From Nitrospirota bacterium (GTDB lineage Bacteria > Nitrospirota > Thermodesulfovibrionia > Thermodesulfovibrionales > UBA9159), in NCBI GenBank assembly GCA_037441365.1, contig JBBISG010000001.1, positions 18,961 through 82,960 on the forward strand: a DNA stretch of 64,000 bases, written 5' to 3'. Below are positions 1 through 9,237 of the stretch, in pieces; within the stretch, counting starts at the first letter, position 1, and the number at the start of each line of letters is the position of its first letter. The notes beneath the pieces are model-generated. The model was not told the origin of the DNA, did not search any database, and saw nothing but the letters and a program-made list of their open reading frames with translations. A program made the translations under genes and the position numbers.

Positions 1-47
1 AGGATGCCAGAAGGAGGTAGAAATGTAAAGTGAAGGTCCTGTTGTTT

Positions 48-83
48 GGTGGTTAGCAGTGATGGGCCTCACCGCTAACCACC
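48..83 (-). terminator. GC-rich hairpin just downstream of groEL (possible terminator)
   Basis: 10-bp perfect inverted repeat ggtggttagc/gctaaccacc about 20 nt past the groEL stop. The T-run lies only on the + strand side, so assignment is uncertain. Confidence 0.3.
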
Positions 84-103
84 AGTCGTTTTGCTGTCCT
101 GTT

Positions 104-1732
104 TTAGTACATCTCTCCCATGCCGCCACCCGGCATCGGGGGTTTCTTCTCCTCTTCAGGGAGCTCCGAAACCATTACTGATGTTGTGAGCATGAGGGAT
201 GCTACGGATGCTGCATTCTGGAGAGCGGTTCTCGTGACCTTGGTGGGGTCAATGATGCCTGCCTTCATCATATCGACATACTCCTCATCCTGAGCGTCAA
301 AGCCGTAGTTTACGTCCTTTGATGCCTTCACCTTTTCGACAACTACAGAACCCTCGACCCCTGCATTGTTCACGATCTGCCTTATAGGCTCCTCGAGGGC
401 CTTCATCACGATCTGAACACCCATATTCTGGTCATGGTTTTCGAGTTTGAGATTCTGCAGGGCTGGACTGCATCTAAGAAGGGCCACTCCGCCGCCCGGA
501 ACTATTCCTTCTTCTACTGCAGCCCTTGTGGCGTGTAAGGCATCCTCAACCCTTGCCTTTTTCTCCTTCATCTCGGCCTCTGTGGCAGCACCCACATTTA
601 TCACTGCCACCCCGCCAACTATCTTTGCAAGGCGTTCCTGGAGTTTCTCACGATCATAGTCAGAGGTCGTCTCCTCTATCTGTGCCTTTATCTGCTTGAC
701 CCTGCCCTGTATCTTTGCGGGGTCGCCAGCGCCCTCAACTATGGTCGTGTTTTCCTTATCAACCGTAATCTTCTTTGCCCTTCCGAGGTCAGAGAGTTTT
801 ATATTCTCAAGTTTGATGCCAAGGTCTTCTGATATCATCGTCCCGCCTGTAAGGATCGCAATATCTTCAAGCATTGCCTTTCTCCTTTCACCAAAGCCGG
901 GGGCCTTGACAGCACAGACCTGGAGGGTGCCACGAAGCTTATTAACAACAAGTGTAGCGAGGGCCTCACCTTCCACATCCTCTGCGATAATGAGCAGCGG
1001 CTTGCCCATCTTTGCTATCTGCTCAAGCACAGGAAGGAGGTCCTTCATGCTGGATATCTTCTTTTCGTGTATGAGTATAAATACATCCTCGAGATTGCAT
1101 TCCATCCTCTCAGGGTCTGTTATGAAGTACGGGGATATATAACCGCGGTCAAACTGCATGCCCTCAACAACATCGAGCGTTGTTGCCATACTCTTCGCCT
1201 CTTCAACAGTGATGACCCCGTCCTTTCCGACCTTATCCATAGCCTCTGCTATCAATTCCCCAATGGATGGGTCATTATTGGCAGAGATGGTTCCTACCTG
1301 GGCGATCTCTTTTTTGTCGGCCACAGGCTTGCTGAGTTTCTTGAGTTCATTGATAACGACCTCGACAGCCTTATCTATTCCCCTTTTAAGGTCCATGGGA
1401 TTTGCGCCTGCAACAACATTCTTTATGCCTTCCCTGTAAATGGCATGCGCAAGGACAGTCGCTGTTGTTGTCCCATCTCCAGCCACATCGGATGTCTTTG
1501 ATGCAACCTCCCTGACGAGCTGTGCACCCATGTTCTCCCACGGGTCTTTCAGCTCTATCTCCTTTGCCACTGTGACACCATCCTTTGTGATAGTCGGTGC
1601 ACCAAACTTTTTGTCCAGTATCGCATTCCTTCCCTTCGGGCCTAGGGTTGCCTTGACCGCATCAGTCAGGATACTGACCCCCCTCAGTATAGCGCTCCTT
1701 GCTGCATCATCAAAAATAAGTTGTTTTGCCAT
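104..1732 (-). CDS. groEL: Chaperonin GroEL (Cpn60)
   Basis: 542-aa ORF. Recognisable GroEL sequence end to end ([12 protein letters not shown], Gly/Met-rich C-terminal tail), directly downstream of groES. Confidence 0.97.
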   Translation of the reverse strand: MAKQLIFDDAARSAILRGVSILTDAVKATLGPKGRNAILDKKFGAPTITKDGVTVAKEIELKDPWENMGAQLVREVASKTSDVAGDGTTTATVLAHAIYREGIKNVVAGANPMDLKRGIDKAVEVVINELKKLSKPVADKKEIAQVGTISANNDPSIGELIAEAMDKVGKDGVITVEEAKSMATTLDVVEGMQFDRGYISPYFITDPERMECNLEDVFILIHEKKISSMKDLLPVLEQIAKMGKPLLIIAEDVEGEALATLVVNKLRGTLQVCAVKAPGFGERRKAMLEDIAILTGGTMISEDLGIKLENIKLSDLGRAKKITVDKENTTIVEGAGDPAKIQGRVKQIKAQIEETTSDYDREKLQERLAKIVGGVAVINVGAATEAEMKEKKARVEDALHATRAAVEEGIVPGGGVALLRCSPALQNLKLENHDQNMGVQIVMKALEEPIRQIVNNAGVEGSVVVEKVKASKDVNYGFDAQDEEYVDMMKAGIIDPTKVTRTALQNAASVASLMLTTSVMVSELPEEEKKPPMPGGGMGEMY

Positions 1733-1744
1733 AAATAACCTCCT

Positions 1745-2035
1745 TTATTTCTCTAATATCCCCAGGATATCCTCTTCCCTGATTATCAGATACTCCACAT
1801 CATCCATCGTGACCTTTGACCCTGAGTACTTATCAAAGAGCACAATATCACCCACCTTGACCGACATGGGCTGGAGTTTTCCGTCATCAGTAACCCTCCC
1901 GGGGCCGGTTGCAACAACCTCTCCCTTCTGCGGCTTCTCCTTCGCTGTGTCAGGGATGTAAAGCCCCCCAGCGGTCTTCTCGGTCTCTTCAGAGTATTTT
2001 ACCAATACCCTATCCCTCAATGGTTTAAACTTCAT
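1745..2035 (-). CDS. groES: Co-chaperonin GroES (Cpn10)
   Basis: 96-aa [16 protein letters not shown]..., 12 nt upstream of groEL. Confidence 0.95.
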   Translation of the reverse strand: MKFKPLRDRVLVKYSEETEKTAGGLYIPDTAKEKPQKGEVVATGPGRVTDDGKLQPMSVKVGDIVLFDKYSGSKVTMDDVEYLIIREEDILGILEK

Positions 2036-2066
2036 AGACTCCTCTCCTTTCTTTTTGTAGGATTTA

Positions 2067-2093
2067 TTAGCACTCCTAAATGGCGAGTGCTAA
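2067..2093. promoter_or_regulatory. CIRCE operator (HrcA-binding inverted repeat)
   Basis: Perfect TTAGCACTC-N9-GAGTGCTAA about 30 nt upstream of the groES start. Confidence 0.9.
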
Positions 2094-2181
2094 TATAATG
2101 GTTATGGGGATAGTATGGCAAGGTCGTGAATTGACAAAAAAACTGGGAAAAAATATTTTATTAGATAATTTCTCTATTTTT

Positions 2182-3081
2182 CTAAGAATATTGAATTAAT
2201 TCTCTCTTTCTTTTCTCGATAAAGTTATCCAGGGCCTCATTAAAGAAATCCCCTAAGCCCCTTATCTCAGGGGGCACCCTGTTTTCATAGAGTTTGGTGC
2301 CTTCCTTTAATTCTGACGCGAAGGTTGTATGGAAGGTATTGTTCCTTATTGCATCATCTACCTTTGCCTTACTGTAAAGGTAGATGTCCGATATTATTGT
2401 CCTTGCAAGGCGTCTGGCCCTTTCCACCATCTCGTCTGTCTCGGCACTGGTGGGCTGTTGTGCCCTCTCCTTTACAGCCTCTGTTTTTTCTGTTTCCCTT
2501 CCTCCTGCCCTGCCGGTCTCCTCAGGGGGTTTCACTCCTTCACGTCTTTCCTCAGCTACCCCTTCTACACCCCCTCTCAGGGTATTGATCTTTTCTATCA
2601 GGGATTCTTCTATCTGGTACTCCTCTATATAGCCGTCTGCTCCGTGCAGGGATTCGGGCTCCCTCCGATACCTATTTTTATCATAAAGGGAGGCGATAAG
2701 GATAACCTTCATATCCCTGGTCTCAGGCCTGTTCTTTAATCTCTTACAGACCTCAAATCCGTAGATCTTTGGGAGGGATACGCCGAGTATAGCGAGATAT
2801 GGGAGCTCTTTTGCCGCGTTCACCATGGCCTCTATGCCGTCATTTACAGTGATGACTTTATAACCCTCTCTAAAAAGGACCGTCTTAATCCGTTCTGCAA
2901 CTGAGGGGTCCTCATGGGCAACGAGAACCTTGCCTTTGTCGAGAGGCCTGACAGCAGGTGCAGGTTTTCTTACCAACAGCACAGTGCTGCACTTCGGGCA
3001 TTTGAATCGTGAACCTTCAGATGCGACCTTCTCATCTGCAATCTTGAGCCTTACCTTACACTTCGGACATATTACAACCAC
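2182..3081 (-). CDS. MJ0042-type zinc-ribbon protein with a pseudo-receiver domain
   Basis: N-terminal CPKC...CPKC zinc ribbon. The central CheY-like fold has Gly at the phospho-acceptor position (LAILGVSLPK) and lacks the conserved Lys. Acidic/basic linker and helical C-terminus. Confidence 0.6.
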   Translation of the reverse strand: MVVICPKCKVRLKIADEKVASEGSRFKCPKCSTVLLVRKPAPAVRPLDKGKVLVAHEDPSVAERIKTVLFREGYKVITVNDGIEAMVNAAKELPYLAILGVSLPKIYGFEVCKRLKNRPETRDMKVILIASLYDKNRYRREPESLHGADGYIEEYQIEESLIEKINTLRGGVEGVAEERREGVKPPEETGRAGGRETEKTEAVKERAQQPTSAETDEMVERARRLARTIISDIYLYSKAKVDDAIRNNTFHTTFASELKEGTKLYENRVPPEIRGLGDFFNEALDNFIEKRKRELIQYS

Positions 3082-3749
3082 CCTTTAACCCTCCTTTTTG
3101 GTAGCCAGAGCCTAATGGTCAACAATCCAAATAGAAAACCTCCTACATGGGCAAACCAGGCGATGCCGCCCTGGCTCAGCAGCCCCTTCGTAATTATACC
3201 ATTAATGAGCTGTATAATAGCCCAAAACCCGATCACTACGAGGGCAGGCACCCTCACAATCTGCCAGAAGAACCCGAAGAATATTACAGTATGAACCCTG
3301 GCGTGGGGAAAAAGCAGGAGATAGGCACCAAGGACGCCCGACACGGCACCGCTTGCACCGATCATGGGGATATGAGAGCCGGGCTCTGTAATGGTATGGG
3401 CATAGGCCGCTACCGTCCCTGACAGGAGATAAAAGACCAAGAACCTGATGTGGCCTAACCTATCCTCTATGTTATTCCCGAAAATCCATAGATAAAGCAT
3501 ATTGCCGCCGAGATGAAATAGCCCTCCATGCAGGAACATAGAGGAAAAGACCGTTGCAACAGGATGGATGGGTTGATTCTTTTCGAATGTAAGCAGGTTG
3601 TACGGAATGGCCCCGTAAGAAAATGCAATCTGCTGCTGACCTGACGGAGAAAACATCTCCCAGAGATATACCAGGACATTCAACACTATTATTCCGATAG
3701 TAATGAAGGGAAAGACAGCAGTGGGGTTGTCATCCTTGTACGGGATCAA
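3072..3749 (-). CDS. Rhomboid-family intramembrane serine protease
   Basis: 225 aa, polytopic. GASGAVSG catalytic Ser motif, a downstream His in a TM helix, and LHGG..H.GGN motif. Confidence 0.85.
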   Translation of the reverse strand: MIPYKDDNPTAVFPFITIGIIVLNVLVYLWEMFSPSGQQQIAFSYGAIPYNLLTFEKNQPIHPVATVFSSMFLHGGLFHLGGNMLYLWIFGNNIEDRLGHIRFLVFYLLSGTVAAYAHTITEPGSHIPMIGASGAVSGVLGAYLLLFPHARVHTVIFFGFFWQIVRVPALVVIGFWAIIQLINGIITKGLLSQGGIAWFAHVGGFLFGLLTIRLWLPKRRVKGWL

Positions 3750-4056
3750 TGACCCTTACCTCAATTTTGCTCCAATTTGGGGACCCGTTTTTCTCTATCG
3801 TATCCATACATCTCGAGGAACGGATTAACAGATGCCTCTCTCTTTTATTTATGGTCAATTATAACACACGGGCTGGTGAATAGGTAGCCCGGAACATAAC
3901 ATGGTACAGTCAGTATTACGAAGGAGACACAGCAACTCTTGCAAGGATAAAGGTATCTGAACTTGAAAGGATTGCTGCGTAATTAATAAACCATAAAAGC
4001 CATTGAGAATAAAGCCCATAAGAGGATTAGCATAAAAGGCTTGACAATACCTTTTT

Positions 4057-4133
4057 GGTCGGGGCGAAAGGATTTGAACCTTCGACTCCACGGTCCCGAA
4101 CCGTGTGCGCTACCAGGCTGCGCTACGCCCCGA
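4057..4133 (-). tRNA. tRNA-Pro (anticodon CGG)
   Basis: 77 nt. Reverse complement CGGGGCG...CGCCCCGACCA folds as a cloverleaf by hand, with anticodon loop TTCGGGA, T-loop TTCAAAT and encoded CCA. Confidence 0.9.
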
Positions 4134-4139
4134 CAGCAT

Positions 4140-4237
4140 GGCGGGAGTGTGTGGGAATCGAACCCACCCTGCCGCCTTTTGGGCGGCAACACTGGATTTG
4201 AAGTCCAGGAGGGACACCAGAACCCTATCCACTCCCA
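4140..4237 (-). tRNA. selC: tRNA-Sec (selenocysteine, anticodon UCA)
   Basis: 98 nt. Anticodon arm CTGGA-CTTCAAA-TCCAG is identical to the E. coli selC arm as I recall it. Long variable arm TGCCGCC-CAAAA-GGCGGCA, T-arm GTGGG-TTCGATT-CCCAC, extended acceptor, encoded CCA. Confidence 0.85.
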
Positions 4238-4474
4238 TTTGCTATTTTACTTGCTTTGAGGTCTTTTAGGCAACTCCGTAAATTGCCTCATCAAAAATCT
4301 TTACGAATGAGACAGGTATGGGATAGTCTAAAAGAAAGGCTCTACGGCGATTTTACGAAGTCGATTTTAGGGTTTATATAAAGATTTTTACGTGAGGCAA
4401 CGGGCTCCGAAGGTTAGACCTTGGAAAACAGACTTTTTTTGTTCGTCTGTTGTCTGTTAGAATAGGCTTCTATT

Positions 4475-5935
4475 ATGAGAGCTGCAGACTACAGCGATAC
4501 CGTTAGCTATCTGTATGGCCTGCAAAAATATGGCATAAAGTTCGGCCTCGATAACACTATAAGGTTGCTCTCACTTCTTGGCGATCCGCAAAAGTCCTTC
4601 AGCTCAATACACATAGCAGGGACAAATGGCAAGGGGTCCACATCAGCCATGATAGCCTCGATATTGAGGGCTGCTGGCTTAAAAGTAGGGCTCTTCACAT
4701 CGCCACACCTCGTGAGCTTCACAGAGAGGATAAGGGTGGATGGCGCTGAGATGCAGGAGAGCGAAGTCGTTGCGCTGACAGAGGAGATAAGAGAAGCGAT
4801 GGGCAGCGTCAATGGGGTCCCCAAAAAATCAAAGATTTTTTGGGGTACTAGCGGAGCCGACAGTCCCCTGCCCATGCTTACCCCCACTTTCTTCGAGTTC
4901 GTGACAGCGATGGCCTTTCTCTATTTCAAGAGGCGCGGTGTTGGCTGGGCTGTTGTCGAGACAGGCATGGGGGGGAGGCTGGATGCAACGAATGTAATCA
5001 CCCCTACCGTTTCAGTAATAACAGATATCAGCCTCGACCACAAGGAATTCCTCGGACAGACATTAAAGGAGGTCGCTGCGGAAAAGGCAGGGATAATAAA
5101 GGAGCGGATCCCTGTCGTCTCTGCAAAACAGGAGGCAGAGGCAAAGGAGGTGATATGCAGGGTAGCGAGGGAAAGGGCATCCCATCTGTTCATATACGAA
5201 AGAGATTTCAGGGGCATCCCAGGATCACAGGGTATTGGCGGCATTACCTTTGACTATATCGATGACTCATGCATAATCAGGGACCTGCACATCCCGCTGG
5301 CAGGGGATCACCAGCTTTCAAACGCCTGCCTTGCAATAAAGGCGTCACTGATTGCGCTGGAAGGCCGCGATATGTTATACACAATGCGTAACGGAGTTAA
5401 AAGAGACCCATCGCTTATGAGGTCCCCAAAAAATCAAAGATTTTTTGGGGTACTAAGAGAAGGGCTCGCCCTTACGAAATGGCCTGGCAGATTGGAACTG
5501 ATCAGGGATGCAGGCATGCCTGATGTATTGATAGATGGCGCTCATAACCCTGCTGCCTCAAATGTCCTTGCCGATTCCCTGAAAAGGTATTTTCTGCCCT
5601 CGTACGAGCAGATAATCCTGATACTCGGCATCATGTCGGACAAAGATATAGAGGGGATAATGAGACCACTATTGCCAATCGCATCAAAGGTTATCGTCAC
5701 AGCGCCTGACTATGAGAGGGCAGCGCCGCCGTCGAGGCTTGCAGAATGTGCCCGTTTTCTTGGATACGACACTGAGATTGCAGGCTCTGTGAAAGAGGCT
5801 GTAAAGATGGCTATGAAGATAGCGGCAGGAGGCAGTGCCCTTGTAGTTGTTACAGGTTCCTTTTATACCATAGGCGAGGTAAAGATGCTACTCGGTCAGC
5901 CTTGCAGCTGTCCCTCCATGGCAGGGCTGAGATGA
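4475..5935 (+). CDS. folC: Folylpolyglutamate synthase / dihydrofolate synthase
   Basis: 486 aa, Mur-ligase family, P-loop HIAGTNGKGST. Carries two in-frame copies of the palindromic element. Confidence 0.9.
   Translation: MRAADYSDTVSYLYGLQKYGIKFGLDNTIRLLSLLGDPQKSFSSIHIAGTNGKGSTSAMIASILRAAGLKVGLFTSPHLVSFTERIRVDGAEMQESEVVALTEEIREAMGSVNGVPKKSKIFWGTSGADSPLPMLTPTFFEFVTAMAFLYFKRRGVGWAVVETGMGGRLDATNVITPTVSVITDISLDHKEFLGQTLKEVAAEKAGIIKERIPVVSAKQEAEAKEVICRVARERASHLFIYERDFRGIPGSQGIGGITFDYIDDSCIIRDLHIPLAGDHQLSNACLAIKASLIALEGRDMLYTMRNGVKRDPSLMRSPKNQRFFGVLREGLALTKWPGRLELIRDAGMPDVLIDGAHNPAASNVLADSLKRYFLPSYEQIILILGIMSDKDIEGIMRPLLPIASKVIVTAPDYERAAPPSRLAECARFLGYDTEIAGSVKEAVKMAMKIAAGGSALVVVTGSFYTIGEVKMLLGQPCSCPSMAGLR
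4814..4848 (+). repeat. Palindromic element (PE) copy 1, inside folC
   Basis: ggggtccccaaaaaatcaaagattttttggggtac, translated in frame as VPKKSKIFWGT. Confidence 0.9.
5420..5453 (+). repeat. PE copy 2, inside folC
   Basis: aggtccccaaaaaatcaaagattttttggggtac, translated as SPKNQRFFGV (a different frame from copy 1). Confidence 0.9.
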
Positions 5936-8007
5936 TGAGGGTTTCAGGATACCTGACCGGGGTCCCCAAAAAGGGGTCCCCAAGAAGTCGAAGACTTTTT
6001 GGGGTAACAGTGTCGGAGACTTTTTGGGGTGCCCTGTTTCCTGCCTTATTTATCCTGCCTTTTATTGCCTGTCTGGTCTCTCCATCTCTTGCAGAAGAGA
6101 CGATAGCGATCCAATCGGACATCCTCGAATACGAGGCCGGAACAAACACATATACCGCAAGCGGTCATGTGAAGATTCAGAAGGGTATGGCAACAATGGA
6201 GGCCGCTCGGGCCGTATACGATGAAAAGACATCTGATCTCTCTGCAGAGGGGAGTGTCACATATAATGACCCTGATGTCTCGATAAAGGCAGAGCGGGCA
6301 GAGTTGAACCTCGAGTCAAAGACAGGCAAACTCTACAAGGCAGAGATATTTTCTAAGAAAGATAACTACCATATAACAGGTCTTGAGATCGAGAAAAAGG
6401 GCGAAAAGGAATATGCTGTTAACAGGGCATTGTTCACCACCTGTGATGCACCTGTCCCTGCATGGTGTTTCAAGGGCAGGGACGTTGATGTCGTGGTGGG
6501 CGACAGATTGAGGGCAAGGGGTGTTACCTTCCATATTAAAGACCTGCCTGTTTTATATACCCCTTATCTCTCTGCCCCGATAGAGAGGGAGAGGAAGACA
6601 GGACTTCTGTTTCCTGCCATTGGATATGTAAAATCAAAGGGCCTTCATTACGAACAGCCGTTCTTCTGGGCTATCTCAGAAAACAGGGATGCCACATTCC
6701 TGATGGATGTGTATAGCAAGAGGGGGATCGGCGAAGGGTTGGAATATAGATATATAGAACAGGACGGCTCAAGGGCAAATCTCTGGTCATACCACCTGAG
6801 GGATAAAGAACTCGGAAGGGATTTCTGGGACCTTAGATGGGTTTATGAAAACAGGGATAAGACAGACGCAATTACAGGCTATCTCAATCTGAATTACATC
6901 AGCTCGAGGGATTACTATAAAAACTACAACCCTTATATCATCAACAAGACCATGAGGTTCCTCGATCCCGCTTCTTATCTGAGCAAGACAACAGAGCGAT
7001 TTATCGAATCCACAGCAGAGGTGTCCATGGGGTCTGGAGATTCACGCCTGTTTCTGACATCGAGGTACCTCATTGACCTGAAAGATGGGACGGACGACTC
7101 GACAATCCCGCAGAGATTACCAGAGATAGGATACTTCCTCAGCCCCAGAAAGGTCGGACCTTTTGTGTTCTCCCTTTCCACAGCCCTTTCGAATTTCTGG
7201 AGGGAGGCCAACGCATCGGGCCAGCGGCTTGATATCTATCCGAGATTTGCATATTCCTTCGGAGGCGATGTCGTTGTTACACAGGTCCTCGGATTGAGAG
7301 AGACCGCCTACTCCCTCCATAATGCCGATACCTATGGCAGCTCGCCCCACAGGGAGGGTCTCGACTACAGCATAACCGCAACCACAAGGCTGGTAAAGGA
7401 TTACAGTACATTTATCCATATCATAGAGCCGTCCCTCGGATATACATTCATACCCTCGTCTAACTCGAATCTTCCTCTCTTCACCTCCACAGAGCTTTAC
7501 ACGAAGACCTCGAAGATAGGGCTCTCATTAAACAACAGGTTCATGGACAGCAATGGTGAGTTTATGAATATAAGGGTCACACAGGCATATGATTCTTTCA
7601 AAGGCGACCGTGCCTTTCTCCCCCTTGGTCTCGAGGTTGCGATCCGCCGGCCGTTAGGGCTGAGGGGAGAGGCCTCCTATGACCCGAATACAGGAAGGAT
7701 TGAAACAATAAATTCTGATGCGGGCATAAGCATATCGAAGGCATCATTCACAATAGGAGAGAGATACAACAGGTCCGAAGACATACTGTTTTACTCCTTC
7801 GGGGTTAATTACATCCATTCGAAGACGGTGTCAGTAGAGGGGAATTTCTGGTATGATGCGAAGAGGAGCGAGTTAAAGGACATTATTGCGAAGTTAAAAT
7901 ATCAGAAACAATGCTGGGGTGCGACATTGATATTCACAAAAAAGGGAAGGGACTACAGTGTATCTGTGCTCTTCAATCTGCTGGGGCTCGGGACGATCAA
8001 GATTTAG
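5902..8007 (+). CDS. lptD: LPS-assembly outer-membrane protein LptD (OstA family)
   Basis: 701-aa ORF with an OstA-like N-terminal domain (IQSDILEYEAGTNTYTASGHVKI...) and a large beta-barrel region. The start is uncertain (ATG 5902/5932 or GTG 6010) because the 5' end runs through PE copy 3. Confidence 0.8.
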   Translation: MQLSLHGRAEMMRVSGYLTGVPKKGSPRSRRLFGVTVSETFWGALFPALFILPFIACLVSPSLAEETIAIQSDILEYEAGTNTYTASGHVKIQKGMATMEAARAVYDEKTSDLSAEGSVTYNDPDVSIKAERAELNLESKTGKLYKAEIFSKKDNYHITGLEIEKKGEKEYAVNRALFTTCDAPVPAWCFKGRDVDVVVGDRLRARGVTFHIKDLPVLYTPYLSAPIERERKTGLLFPAIGYVKSKGLHYEQPFFWAISENRDATFLMDVYSKRGIGEGLEYRYIEQDGSRANLWSYHLRDKELGRDFWDLRWVYENRDKTDAITGYLNLNYISSRDYYKNYNPYIINKTMRFLDPASYLSKTTERFIESTAEVSMGSGDSRLFLTSRYLIDLKDGTDDSTIPQRLPEIGYFLSPRKVGPFVFSLSTALSNFWREANASGQRLDIYPRFAYSFGGDVVVTQVLGLRETAYSLHNADTYGSSPHREGLDYSITATTRLVKDYSTFIHIIEPSLGYTFIPSSNSNLPLFTSTELYTKTSKIGLSLNNRFMDSNGEFMNIRVTQAYDSFKGDRAFLPLGLEVAIRRPLGLRGEASYDPNTGRIETINSDAGISISKASFTIGERYNRSEDILFYSFGVNYIHSKTVSVEGNFWYDAKRSELKDIIAKLKYQKQCWGATLIFTKKGRDYSVSVLFNLLGLGTIKI
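5957..6034 (+). repeat. PE copy 3, composite (one element nested in another)
   Basis: ccggggtccccaaaaa + ggggtccccaagaagtcgaagacttttt + ggggtaacagtgtcggagactttttggggtgccc. Lies at the folC/lptD junction. Confidence 0.85.
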
Positions 8008-8535
8008 CTAAGAACTGAGTCTCTTAATGAGGTCCTCTATTAACCGTAATGCATCTGGAATAGGGGTCTTATCCGTCTGTATCGTTATCTCAGGATTTAT
8101 CGGTTCCTCGTACGGCACAGTCATGCCGGGGACAGGCCACCCAGCCCTTCCTTTTTCATATATATCCCTCGGGGCGCCATGAGTAAAGAGCCTGTTCTTC
8201 TCCCTTTCGATACAGGTCTCGATCGGACATTTGAGATACACCTCTGCAAATCTCTCTATCCCTTTCCTCGCAAGCTCCCTCCACCTCCTCATATTACCTG
8301 TTGCATCTATTATGACATCATGGCCAAGCCTGACTAATACTGATGCAAGATAAACAAGGCTTCTATAAACTATCTCCCTTTCTGGATCCGAGTATGTTGG
8401 CTCAGGGGTAACGAACCTTCTCAATTCGTCCATCCGCAGTATTACAAAATCAGGGTGTCTCTTCCCTAACTCCTCAGCCAGGGAACTCTTCCCGCTTCCA
8501 GGCAGTCCTGTTATCCATAGTGCGATTGCAGGCAT
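8008..8535 (-). CDS. Adenylyl-sulfate (APS) kinase-like P-loop kinase
   Basis: 175 aa. Walker A GLPGSGKS and colinear resemblance to CysC. Substrate not certain. Confidence 0.55.
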   Translation of the reverse strand: MPAIALWITGLPGSGKSSLAEELGKRHPDFVILRMDELRRFVTPEPTYSDPEREIVYRSLVYLASVLVRLGHDVIIDATGNMRRWRELARKGIERFAEVYLKCPIETCIEREKNRLFTHGAPRDIYEKGRAGWPVPGMTVPYEEPINPEITIQTDKTPIPDALRLIEDLIKRLSS

Positions 8536-8536
8536 A

Positions 8537-9211
8537 TCACTCGACCCACTTCACTATTTTATCTATCCCCACCCTATCACTTCTATAACTGTTTGCCTTA
8601 TCAGCGAGGTCGGGATAGCCGATAGAGATGCCCAAGACAAGCCTCTTCGATTCTGGTATCTGGAGGAATCTTTTGACCTCGCTCGAATAATCGGTCAGAA
8701 ATGCCTGGGGAACAGTACCGAGACCATACGCATTTGCAGCGAGCATAAGACTCTGGGCAAATATCCCCATATCGAGCACCGACCACATCGAGAGGGACGA
8801 ATCCTGAAAGAGAAAGATCGCATGGGGTGCGCCGTAAAACCTGAAATTGGCTATCTTCGATTTCTTCCTGAGCTCGGGGTCATTAAGGTCAAGGCCGAGC
8901 TTTTCGCCCCTTTTCCTTATGTGTTCTCTGATCCTTCTGTCAATATCGGCAGGCCATGACATGGGCTCAGGGAGGTCGGACCTTGGCTCTGTGCCCTTTT
9001 CTAAGAGTTCGATGAGCAGTCTTGATAGGTCTTCCCTTTTCTGTCCTGAGACCACTACAACCTCCCACGGCTGGCTGTTCTTGTATGAAGGACTCCATAC
9101 CGCTGTGTTGATGATATTCAGGAGTATCTCCTTCGGGACAATGTCGGGTTTGAACTTCCTGATGCTCATCCTCGTTCTAATGCATTCTATGGTATCCATG
9201 ATTCCCTCCAT
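8537..9211 (-). CDS. Nitroreductase-family oxidoreductase
   Basis: 224 aa. N-terminal RxSIRKF...SPSxxNxQPW motif typical of the family. Confidence 0.8.
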   Translation of the reverse strand: MEGIMDTIECIRTRMSIRKFKPDIVPKEILLNIINTAVWSPSYKNSQPWEVVVVSGQKREDLSRLLIELLEKGTEPRSDLPEPMSWPADIDRRIREHIRKRGEKLGLDLNDPELRKKSKIANFRFYGAPHAIFLFQDSSLSMWSVLDMGIFAQSLMLAANAYGLGTVPQAFLTDYSSEVKRFLQIPESKRLVLGISIGYPDLADKANSYRSDRVGIDKIVKWVE

Positions 9212-9237
9212 ATGCCTTCAATTGCAATTGCAATTTA

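Noticed and set aside
447-1961. Several 70-173 aa + strand ORFs overlapping groEL and groES
   Set aside because: They are antisense to a certain GroEL/GroES reading frame. Their translations are low-complexity Ser/Pro/Thr/Ala-rich strings typical of antisense frames of GC-balanced genes, and none has an RBS.
3750-4056. Possible ncRNA in the 300-nt ORF-free stretch downstream of the tRNA pair
   Set aside because: There is only one weak 6-bp hairpin (cgggct...agcccg at about 3870-3892), and I could recognise no conserved core of SRP, 6S, tmRNA or RNase P RNA.
4041-4259. 72-aa + strand ORF, and minus-strand ORFs at 3855-4192
   Set aside because: They overlap the tRNA-Pro and tRNA-Sec genes, so the open frame is a by-product of the tRNA sequence.
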